Source: Candidatus Berkelbacteria bacterium
Lineage (GTDB): Bacteria; Patescibacteriota; UBA1384; JACPKC01
DNA length: 64,000 nucleotides
Direction: 5' to 3'
NCBI GenBank assembly: GCA_016187225.1
Contig: JACPKC010000007.1
Location: forward strand, 7,654 to 71,653
How positions within the stretch are numbered: the stretch's first letter is position 1; every line of letters begins with the position of its first letter. Made by a program: the position numbers and the translations under genes. This document shows, in pieces, positions 10,663-17,869 of the stretch. The notes beneath the pieces are model-generated. The model worked only from the letters and a program-made list of their open reading frames with translations. It had not been told where the DNA came from and did not search any database.

Positions 10663-12123
10663 TCACACTTCTTTCTTCTTCAGGATCAAAGAAAGCATAT
10701 TTTGCGGCAGGGCGCCAGTCAGAATGCTCAAATAACCGTAAGTAATGATCGAGGCGCTTAAATTCAGAGCGAGTGGCGCCTCGCGAAGCCACCATGTGAC
10801 AACCCCCATCCCCAAGGTAGAAAGGACGATCTTGCCGAGTGAGCAGAACGCCGGCCGGAGCTTGGCGGCGCGCCAAACGATCCAACCTAACAATAACGCC
10901 ACCGCTAATTCGGTCGCAACGGTAGTGAGCGAAGCGCCGATATAAGACAAAATCGGAATCATCCCAAAATTTAGCCCGACATTCAAAATCACAAAAATCA
11001 GATTCGGCAAGATCAGGCTTCGCTGGCGCCCCATCGCAATCAGCAGATAGTTAAAAAACTGGGAGAAAAACGAGATGCCAACGGCAATGATGAGAATTTG
11101 CAATGCCGTGGCACCAGTGGCTGGCAGGGAGAGCCAGGTAATGGTGCTCGTGGTAACGTATTCAGCGCCGGCAACAAATTCAAGAATCGGTTGAGCTAAA
11201 ATCACAGTGCCGAGAATAAGCGGGAAAGCAATTAAAGCGAGGACGTCAAAAGCCTGCTGATAAAGGCGTGGCAAACGTTCATCCTGCGAAGCAAGATATT
11301 GAGTCAAAGTTGGAAAAACATTGCCGAGAAACATCGCTGGAATCGTTAGAAGAACCTCTAAAATTTTATAGGGCGCGCCGTAGATGCCAACATCAACACT
11401 TGACTGCATTAAAGACAGCATGACTGTATCGATTTTGAAATATACAACATGAAGAATCAGCACAATCCCCATTGGCCAGGCTTCGCGGATAATCTGCGAC
11501 CAAAAAGCAAGATCGAATTTCGGCTGAACGCGAACAAAATTTCGCCCTAAAACGAGGCTGGCTAAAAAATTTAGACCGTTGCCGAAAACGTACATCCAGA
11601 GAATGTCGATTAAGTCACCTTGATTGGCGATCACCCACAAAACGCCGAGCAGAATCACAACGCGACCGAGCAAATCTGTTAAAACGGCTTGATCCATGCG
11701 CAGATGGCGTTGGAAAACCCCAACAAAGGTCGAGTTGAGCGCGAGCCAGAGCCAGGCGAAAGCGATAACGCCAATGCCGAGTTTGATCGTTTCAGTGTAT
11801 TGCGGAATCAAGAGAGCGATCAGGAAACCAATCAAAAAAACAAGGATGCCGAAGATGGTTCTTAAAGTAAGAACATTCGAGATAATTTTGGCCTCATTAG
11901 CTTTTTCTTTGCTAATCTCCCGCAACATAATCCAGAAGAAGCCAAAATCTGCCAAGACGCCAAAAAACGAGACATAGGCAAAAATCGTTGTGTAGTCGCC
12001 ATAAGCGCTAACACCCAGATAGCGAGTTAATGAGGCGACAACAACAAGAGCGGTAACTGTCGAAACCACTCGGCCGATAAATTGGATCAGGGTATTAGCC
12101 GCTACTCGTTGAGCAAGAGACAT
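10663..12123 (-). CDS. Wzx-type polysaccharide flippase
   Basis: MSLAQRVAANT..., RYLG...YG, ADFG, KIDTVML, VGIYG; polytopic; ATG 12123. Confidence 0.88.
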   Translation of the reverse strand: MSLAQRVAANTLIQFIGRVVSTVTALVVVASLTRYLGVSAYGDYTTIFAYVSFFGVLADFGFFWIMLREISKEKANEAKIISNVLTLRTIFGILVFLIGFLIALLIPQYTETIKLGIGVIAFAWLWLALNSTFVGVFQRHLRMDQAVLTDLLGRVVILLGVLWVIANQGDLIDILWMYVFGNGLNFLASLVLGRNFVRVQPKFDLAFWSQIIREAWPMGIVLILHVVYFKIDTVMLSLMQSSVDVGIYGAPYKILEVLLTIPAMFLGNVFPTLTQYLASQDERLPRLYQQAFDVLALIAFPLILGTVILAQPILEFVAGAEYVTTSTITWLSLPATGATALQILIIAVGISFFSQFFNYLLIAMGRQRSLILPNLIFVILNVGLNFGMIPILSYIGASLTTVATELAVALLLGWIVWRAAKLRPAFCSLGKIVLSTLGMGVVTWWLREAPLALNLSASIITYGYLSILTGALPQNMLSLILKKKEV

Positions 12124-12147
12124 CTTGTAGTTAGTATACAGCGTTTC

Positions 12148-12168
12148 TGGCGTTCCCGGCGGGATTCG
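12148..12168 (-). repeat. Degenerate copy of the tRNA-Arg(CCG) 3' end (att-like scar)
   Basis: TGGCGTTCCCGGCGGGATTCG matches 13099-13119 TGGTGTTCCCGGCGGGAGTCG at 19/21, same orientation. Confidence 0.7.
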
Positions 12169-12513
12169 CCCTGTCGGATGACAGGGCGCCATATCGATAG
12201 TTCAAGCACATTTCGCCGCCTTCGGCGGCGCAGAACCTCCCAAAATCCCAAACCGAAATGGCGAACTTTGTCAATTTCAAGTTTTTCTTTGGCGGCAAAT
12301 TCTTAAAAAAAGAGATCCCATATACAAAGACGGGATTTCAGAAAGGCAAATTTCACTATGATACAACTAATCTTCTTTCCTAACCTTATTTTCCAGGTCC
12401 CGCATTTCTTTTTCAATTTCACGCATTCGGTCGGCGTTTTCAGATCTCTCCTCCGAACTTTGGTTAGGTGCCCAAGCACAACCGAGCCATTCGTTGCGCA
12501 ACTGAATCCATTG

Positions 12514-12723
12514 CTATTTATCTCCTTCATTAGCGACGGTTACATCATACCAATGGCGGTTTGATTCGAAGTCTTGAGGATCACGACCACTAAATTCTTC
12601 AGAAGAGAGAACTTCATCAACAGAAGTTTCAAGACCATGTTCCGCGACATGAAATGTGACCGGCTTACCCTCCCCCTCTTTACGCTCTTGTGACGGCGTA
12701 CCACCTTCAAATTTTCCTGGCAT
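12514..12723 (-). CDS. Small hypothetical protein, possibly the 5' part of a frameshifted gene
   Basis: AAAGGAG RBS before ATG; 69 aa; an open frame continues downstream in another phase (12303-12530). Confidence 0.4.
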   Translation of the reverse strand: MPGKFEGGTPSQERKEGEGKPVTFHVAEHGLETSVDEVLSSEEFSGRDPQDFESNRHWYDVTVANEGDK

Positions 12724-12982
12724 AATTTCTCCTTTAATTAATATTTATGAATAAACTTCGACCTTGAACTCATTTCGTAATTCTCCCGAGACACAGGATA
12801 ATACAGCCGAAAATGTTCAGGGCTACGAAGCTGGAGATGGTTCGTTCGTAGCGTCGAGCGAGTTTCCTCATGTCGTTCCAAGGAATACCACTCGTAGAGA
12901 ATTATCCGACAACGGAAGGATTCATGCAATGAGTTCCTTGTATGATTATAATTGATTTAATTCAGAAATGCAGACAGCAATT

Positions 12983-13100
12983 ATGAAAAAATTTTCTTTC
13001 CCCACAGAAATCGCCAATTGATTTTTGAGCCTAAAATTCCTTACAATTTGGCCGCTGCTTGCGGCGGCTGTGCACAAAATGGCTTGCAATTTCTTCACTG
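12983..13100 (+). pseudogene. Possible C-terminal remnant of a tRNA-targeting serine recombinase
   Basis: RQLIFEPKIPYNLAAACGGCAQNGLQFLHWCSRRES reads antisense into the tRNA-Arg(CCG) 3' end, the same geometry as the intact recombinase at tRNA-Ser; family resemblance is from recall only. Confidence 0.4.
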
Positions 13101-13174
13101 GTGTTCCCGGCGGGAGTCGAACCCACAGTCTTCGGCTTCGGAGGCCGACGCTTTATCCATTAAGCTACGGGAAC
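13099..13174 (-). tRNA. tRNA-Arg(CCG)
   Basis: Cloverleaf GTTCCCG...TCGGC-CTCCGAA-GCCGA...GGTTCGACTCC...CGGGAAC-A-CCA. Confidence 0.97.
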
Positions 13175-13275
13175 AAAAGCCGCTTCGCGCCAATAATCAA
13201 TTCCCCAATATCAATGACCAATGAGATTGGAATTTGTGATTTGGTTTTTGAATGTTCCCTGCTATCGATAAGACT

Positions 13276-13351
13276 TGGCGCGCCCGACAGGACTTGAACC
13301 TGTGACCTCCAGCTCCGCAAGCTGGCGCTCTATCCACTGAGCTACGGGCGC
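13276..13351 (-). tRNA. tRNA-Arg(GCG)
   Basis: Cloverleaf GCGCCCG...CCAGC-TTGCGGA-GCTGG...GGTTCAAGTCC...CGGGCGC-G-CCA. Confidence 0.95.
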
Positions 13352-13395
13352 AAATTTATCTTAATAATTGATCGGCAAGTTTTCGTAGTGCCAGT

Positions 13396-13616
13396 TTACT
13401 TTACTAGAATTGACCATAAAGCCCTTGCCCGCGGCCGGATTGATCGCGAATTAACAATTACTTTTGTATCAGGCGTCGATCATAATGATTTAGCACCCAG
13501 CGCGCCTCTTGGTCGCGGCCAAGATCCGCTACTCATTCAATAGTGTATTGGGCATGCTTTTGAGGGTCGACGGTTTTTGGATCGGTATCCCAAAACAACG
13601 TCGGCCGAAATTTCAT
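13396..13616 (-). pseudogene. DUF6922-like small protein pseudogene
   Basis: MKFRPTLFWDTDPKTVDPQKHAQYTIE*VADLGRDQEARW...; one in-frame TGA plus a frameshift before KVIVNSRSIRPRARALWSILVK*. Confidence 0.65.
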
Positions 13617-13694
13617 ACTTTCATTTTAACCTGATTAAGATCAATTTTCAACTTTAGCCACAATGTGTTCAAAAGAAATTGAATTTCGTTTTAA

Positions 13695-13766
13695 TCATCG
13701 CCATGACAATTTATTGGCAACTTTATTATCAAAGATTTCTCTTTGGAGTCTTTTGAGATCTATCAT
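13695..13766 (-). pseudogene. Short gene fragment resembling a MazG-like pyrophosphatase N-terminus
   Basis: MIDLKRLQREIFDNKVANK then an early stop; resemblance by recall only. Confidence 0.3.
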
Positions 13767-13814
13767 AAGTTTTGAACAAGTTGGTTGAGTAAATAATTTC
13801 GCTGAATGTAAAAC

Positions 13815-13869
13815 TTGGCGGTGAGATTTTACACTTTGCGCGAACCTTTTTTGAACGAAACGGCAACTG
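13815..13869. repeat. Inverted repeat arm A (55 bp), partner 16074-16128
   Basis: TTGGCGGTGAGATTTTACACTTTGCGCGAACCTTTTTTGAACGAAACGGCAACTG is the exact reverse complement of 16074-16128. Confidence 0.97.
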
Positions 13870-13954
13870 ATTCGCTCCGCCGCCGCTCGCTGACGCTCGC
13901 CAGCCAGCAAAAAAGTTTTCTCTGCTTTTCTTTTGCGCGCGCCGGATTTTTTCT

Positions 13955-14058
13955 TCCTAACAGAGCAGGCGGCGGGGCTCAAACGCTCGGGCGCGGCGGA
14001 ATTCCCCCACCCCCCCTTCCGCCGCGCCCTCGCTGAGGCGGCGAAAAATTTTTGCGAT
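13955..14058. repeat. Inverted repeat arm B (104 bp), partner 15933-16036
   Basis: Exact reverse complement by manual alignment, including homopolymer lengths (C5-A-C7, A5-T5). Confidence 0.97.
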
Positions 14059-14063
14059 AAATC

Positions 14064-15047
14064 TTAGGTAGAAAGATATTTCTTTTTAAGCGAAATGGAC
14101 ATATAGCCAACGCCAATCATGGCAAGTCCCGCTATAACAAGAGCGAGAGGCCAACCTAATCCGCTTGAGAAATATTCAGAAGTGATTTTGAGAATATAGG
14201 CCATAAGAAAGAGTGTACCAAATGTAAGAAAGGCCTTACTCTTAATTTGAACGCTAAGAAATAACGCACCAAAAACGAGGCCGGGATAAATTAACTCCCA
14301 AAATACATTTTGGTTCGGCTTCCAACTTCCGAGCGTAAAAGCCGCCCCCAAAAAGCCGAGAATACCAAAGCCATAGAGAAAACCGGAAAGTGAAACACGC
14401 TCGTTTTTTGAAAAGGCATACCCTAACAACATATAAGTAATACCAGCGACTAATACACGGTATTCGTAGAATTTCCAATTGTCAAAATACGCACCGCCGC
14501 CAATCATAAAACTTGTGAAGCTGAAGAAAAGCCATGTTCCAAATAAAATACTAAACAAGGTAAAAATGTTTTTTCGGAACACAAGAAGCGACAATAAATA
14601 AGTTCCCAACATTATTCCTGAAATTAAACTTTGCGTTCCATAACTGCTGGCGTCAAAACCAGCGTTATCAAACACAACCCAAAGACCCATCGGCGTTACG
14701 AGGGCAGAAATAAGATAGAAGGCAGAGCCAACAGTTTCAGTACCTTTATTTTTGCTAAATAGTAATCCGACAAAATAGGCCGCTATGCCAGAGCCGAGCG
14801 TAGCCAAAACTTTTGTTCCAAATCCAAGTGTATGCCAATTTTGCCAAAGTAAAATTGAAATACCTAAAAAAACAATCGCGCTACCAATGTAGTATAAAAT
14901 TTCAGCGACACCGAGCTTTTTTGTCAAAACAACATCTGTTTTGATTCCGCTACCTGAATCGTAAGCCAAGTCTAATTCTTCTTTCGAAATTACTTTTTGC
15001 TCGGCGAGCGACTTTATGTATTGTAAAACTTCTTCTTTGGTTGTCAT
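14064..15047 (-). CDS. DUF2157-like polytopic membrane protein (element cargo)
   Basis: Short soluble N-terminus, then YYIGSAIVFLGI...QNW and about 9 TM helices; AT-rich. Confidence 0.7.
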   Translation of the reverse strand: MTTKEEVLQYIKSLAEQKVISKEELDLAYDSGSGIKTDVVLTKKLGVAEILYYIGSAIVFLGISILLWQNWHTLGFGTKVLATLGSGIAAYFVGLLFSKNKGTETVGSAFYLISALVTPMGLWVVFDNAGFDASSYGTQSLISGIMLGTYLLSLLVFRKNIFTLFSILFGTWLFFSFTSFMIGGGAYFDNWKFYEYRVLVAGITYMLLGYAFSKNERVSLSGFLYGFGILGFLGAAFTLGSWKPNQNVFWELIYPGLVFGALFLSVQIKSKAFLTFGTLFLMAYILKITSEYFSSGLGWPLALVIAGLAMIGVGYMSISLKKKYLST

Positions 15048-15053
15048 ATATTT

Positions 15054-15584
15054 TTATTTTATCCAGCCAATAAAACGGAAATTATTATAATACGAGCTTC
15101 CGTTTAGCTGGAGATTTAATTTTTTACTTACATTATGACCTGATAAATATCGGGCATTGTAATCTGTTCCTCCCCAGAAAAACGGAAAGAAGCCACTATC
15201 CCGACTTCCATAAACCACCTCAAAATCATCGGACGATTTTACACTCGAATCAAGATTCAAGTTTTGAGCCTCTGTGAAAGAAATTTCTTTAGCCTCATTT
15301 TTGGCAACATCATAAATATACAATTTTGATTCCACTCGTGGCGGGTTGTAATTTTGATTTTCTGGTTGCTTAATCTCATTTTTTACCAACTTATCATTTT
15401 GAACAGAATACTGATGACCGCTGTTGTAGTAATAGTAGGAATCATCACCACTTACATATAAAAAATTAAAATGTGGTTTTATAAAAAGTCCGGGCAGATA
15501 AATGCTACCAGCCACGAACAAAATCATCAATATTGGAATAGAGATACCTAAAATTAAAGTTATATTTTTTTTGATTATTTCCAT
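15054..15584 (-). CDS. Membrane-anchored hypothetical protein (element cargo)
   Basis: N-terminal TM helix, Tyr/Asn-rich, ends FIGWIK; 6 nt from the next gene. Confidence 0.8.
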   Translation of the reverse strand: MEIIKKNITLILGISIPILMILFVAGSIYLPGLFIKPHFNFLYVSGDDSYYYYNSGHQYSVQNDKLVKNEIKQPENQNYNPPRVESKLYIYDVAKNEAKEISFTEAQNLNLDSSVKSSDDFEVVYGSRDSGFFPFFWGGTDYNARYLSGHNVSKKLNLQLNGSSYYNNFRFIGWIK

Positions 15585-15643
15585 ATGTTTATATTTTACA
15601 TTATTATTTATAAAATTAAAATGCCGACAATGATAGTATATCC

Positions 15644-15841
15644 CTATTTTAATAAATCCTCCATAGGAACACCTAATGACTTGGCGATTTTTTGAATTGT
15701 TTGAACACTTGGTTTTGTAACAACGCCACCCTCAATTTTCGTAAGGGTAGAATATTTGATGTCCGCTTTCTTCGCCAAGTCGTCTTGCGTCAATCCTTGT
15801 TTTGTTCGTATTCGTTTTATGTTTTGTGATATTGTTGCCAT
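15644..15841 (-). CDS. XRE/Cro-family HTH transcriptional regulator (element cargo)
   Basis: MATISQNIKRIRTKQGLTQDDLAKKADIKYSTLTKIEGG...PSVQTIQKIAKSLGV. Confidence 0.9.
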   Translation of the reverse strand: MATISQNIKRIRTKQGLTQDDLAKKADIKYSTLTKIEGGVVTKPSVQTIQKIAKSLGVPMEDLLK

Positions 15842-15932
15842 AATATCCAAAGTTTGATAGTATAGAGTTATGAGGTTATTTGTCCTTTGCTCACAAACTA
15901 ATGATAGCAAACTTTGTGGATTTTTACCAGTA

Positions 15933-16036
15933 ATCGCAAAAATTTTTCGCCGCCTCAGCGAGGGCGCGGCGGAAGGGGGGGTGGGGGAATTCCGCCGCGC
16001 CCGAGCGTTTGAGCCCCGCCGCCTGCTCTGTTAGGA
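15933..16036. repeat. Inverted repeat arm B' (104 bp)
   Basis: Reverse complement of 13955-14058. Confidence 0.97.
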
Positions 16037-16073
16037 GCAGAAGCCAGCAAAAAAGTTTTCTTTTCCTTTTAGA

Positions 16074-16241
16074 CAGTTGCCGTTTCGTTCAAAAAAGGTT
16101 CGCGCAAAGTGTAAAATCTCACCGCCAATAGAAACTTCGCGATTTGAAAGGGTTGCTCCGCGCGGCCGCGCTCCGCAAAATGGTTTGCCGCTTCGCGGCA
16201 AAAAGGCTCACTGGGCAAAAATCAAAGACGGCGGATTTGTT
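16074..16241. repeat. Internal inverted attP-like copy (arm A' 16074-16128 overlapping arm C 16122-16241)
   Basis: 16074-16128 is the reverse complement of 13815-13869; 16122-16241 is the reverse complement of 17655-17785 apart from an 11-bp indel. Confidence 0.95.
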
Positions 16242-16262
16242 TGTTTCGTATCTAAAAACAAT

Positions 16263-17834
16263 ATGAATATCAAACCAAAATATTTTCTCTACGCTCGTAA
16301 ATCAACGGAAGATGACGACCGCCAAGTAATGAGCATTGAGGCACAACTTTTTGAATTGCGAGAATATGCGCGTAGAGAAAATTTTGAAATTCTGGAAGAA
16401 TTTCAAGAGGCGAAAAGCGCAAAGACACCGGGTAGAGAAATTTTCGGCGAAATGATGGCGAAGGTAGAAAAATCTGACGGCGTAGGAATTTTGGCGTGGC
16501 ATCCTGACCGTTTGGCTCGCAATTCCATTGACGGCGGACGCATCATTTACGCCGTAGACACGCACAAAATTATTTCTTTGCGCTTTTCGACATTTTGGTT
16601 TGAACCAACCCCGCAAGGTCTCTTTATGTTGCAAGTGGCGTTCGGACAATCTAAATATTACTCGGACAATTTGGCTGAAAATATCAAGCGAGGAATCCGC
16701 CAAAAATTGCGTCGGAAAGAGTGGCTCGGTCTCGCGCTTTTCGGTTATCAAAACAATCCGCTAAAACGCAATATTGAGCCGCACCCGACCGAAGCGCGGA
16801 TTGTGAAGTTGGCATTTGAGGAATATGCGAAAGGTGGCCACTCTTTCGTTTCTCTTGCGCAATTTTTGGCGGATCTCGGCGTTGTTTCCAAAAACCGAAC
16901 GCCACTTGCCAAAGTTTCCATCAAACGACTTCTAACAAACAAAGCATATCTTGGTTTTCTGAAACACAAGGGCGAATGGTTGGATGGAAACTTTGAACCA
17001 ATTCTTTCTCCCGCATTGTTTGAAGCCGTGCAGAAAATTTTGAAAACGAAAGAGCGGCCGCGCCATCGCCGCGCAAAACACGATTTTCCATTCACCGGAT
17101 TATTTCGTTGCGCGGAGTGCGGCAGTATGATTTCAGCACAATGGGCGGTCAATCGCTGGGGCACTAAATATCGCTATTACAGATGTTCCAAAAAACGCGG
17201 CCGCTGTTCGCAACCATATATCCAAGAATCGGAGCTGGCGCGGCAAATCAAGGCACGGCTTCAAACAATCTCGCCTTGCGACAATCTCACTGATTGGATG
17301 TTGGATAAAGTGAAAGAATGGAAACGCGAGGAAACTTCCGCATCGCAAAGCGAGTTTCAAAATCTTTCCGAAAATATCAAAATGGCAGAAGCGAAAATGG
17401 AAAAATTAGTTTCCACATATTTAGATGGCGACATTCCCAAACAAACTTATCTCAAAAAGAAAGACGAGATTTTGCTCGCTTCTGCCGTTTTGGAACAAAG
17501 GAAGAAAGATTTTGAAAACGGGAGAAAAAATTGGGTCGAACCCCTGCGGGAATGGATTTTAGATACGAAACAAGCCGATTTTTTGAGCAAATCGGAAAAT
17601 TATCACGAAATCAAAACATTTGTTCAAAAAATCGGAACGAACCCTCGGGTTCGTAACAAATCCGCCGTCTTTGATTTTTGCCCAGTGAGCCTTTTTGCCG
17701 CGAAGCGGCAAACCATTTTGCGGAGCGCGGCCGCCTCGCGGCCGCGCGGAGCAACCCTTTCAAATCGCGAAGTTTCTATTGGCGGAGACGGGAGGATTCG
17801 AACCTCCGAGAGGATTGCTCCCCTAACGCATTAG
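16263..17834 (+). CDS. Large serine recombinase (resolvase, recombinase, Zn-ribbon and coiled-coil domains)
   Basis: YARKSTE catalytic Ser motif, QVMSIEAQ, SAK-x-PGR, DRLARN, CAECG...YYRC...C Zn ribbon; ATG 16263; stop lies antisense inside tRNA-Ser. Confidence 0.95.
   Translation: MNIKPKYFLYARKSTEDDDRQVMSIEAQLFELREYARRENFEILEEFQEAKSAKTPGREIFGEMMAKVEKSDGVGILAWHPDRLARNSIDGGRIIYAVDTHKIISLRFSTFWFEPTPQGLFMLQVAFGQSKYYSDNLAENIKRGIRQKLRRKEWLGLALFGYQNNPLKRNIEPHPTEARIVKLAFEEYAKGGHSFVSLAQFLADLGVVSKNRTPLAKVSIKRLLTNKAYLGFLKHKGEWLDGNFEPILSPALFEAVQKILKTKERPRHRRAKHDFPFTGLFRCAECGSMISAQWAVNRWGTKYRYYRCSKKRGRCSQPYIQESELARQIKARLQTISPCDNLTDWMLDKVKEWKREETSASQSEFQNLSENIKMAEAKMEKLVSTYLDGDIPKQTYLKKKDEILLASAVLEQRKKDFENGRKNWVEPLREWILDTKQADFLSKSENYHEIKTFVQKIGTNPRVRNKSAVFDFCPVSLFAAKRQTILRSAAASRPRGATLSNREVSIGGDGRIRTSERIAPLTH
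17655..17785. repeat. Inverted repeat arm C' (131 bp) inside the recombinase 3' end
   Basis: Reverse complement of 16122-16241 plus an extra CTCGCGGCCGC; ends on the TTGGCGG core. Confidence 0.95.
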
Positions 17835-17869
17835 CAGTGCGTTGCCTTCAGCCACTCGGCCACGTCTCC
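17780..17869 (-). tRNA. tRNA-Ser(GCT)
   Basis: GGAGACG...ACGCA-CTGCTAA-TGCGT, long variable arm, GGTTCGAATCC, ends CGTCTCC-G-CCA; 90 nt. Confidence 0.97.

Larger units (their letters stand above)
13815..17785. mobile_element. Large serine recombinase integrative element at the tRNA-Ser(GCT) 3' end with an internal inverted attP copy
   Basis: Direct 7-bp core TTGGCGG at 13815-13821 and 17779-17785 (the latter overlaps the tRNA CCA end); recombinase plus AT-rich cargo; two pairs of long inverted repeats meeting at CCGCCAA 16122-16128. Confidence 0.9.

Noticed and set aside
12289-12295. Another TTGGCGG heptamer near the tRNA-Arg scar
   Set aside because: No flanking similarity to the arms, and a 7-mer is expected several times by chance in 64 kb.
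13530-13540. In-frame TGA as evidence for UGA recoding (genetic code 25)
   Set aside because: The same gene also has a frameshift, long genes have no internal TGA, and TGA ends genes such as ftsK, rnj and rpsT at the expected places.
13695-14036. ORFs 13695-13982 (-) and 13815-14036 (+)
   Set aside because: They run across GC-rich repeat arms and give low-complexity peptides; only the short MazG-like tail is retained, at low confidence.
13815-16128. Cargo block as an IS, MITE or composite transposon
   Set aside because: No transposase and no target-site duplication; the arms end on the att core shared with the recombinase arm.
16077-16262. N-terminal extension of the recombinase ORF in the track (585 aa)
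   Set aside because: It is the antisense reading of the inverted repeat; the catalytic domain starts right after ATG 16263.
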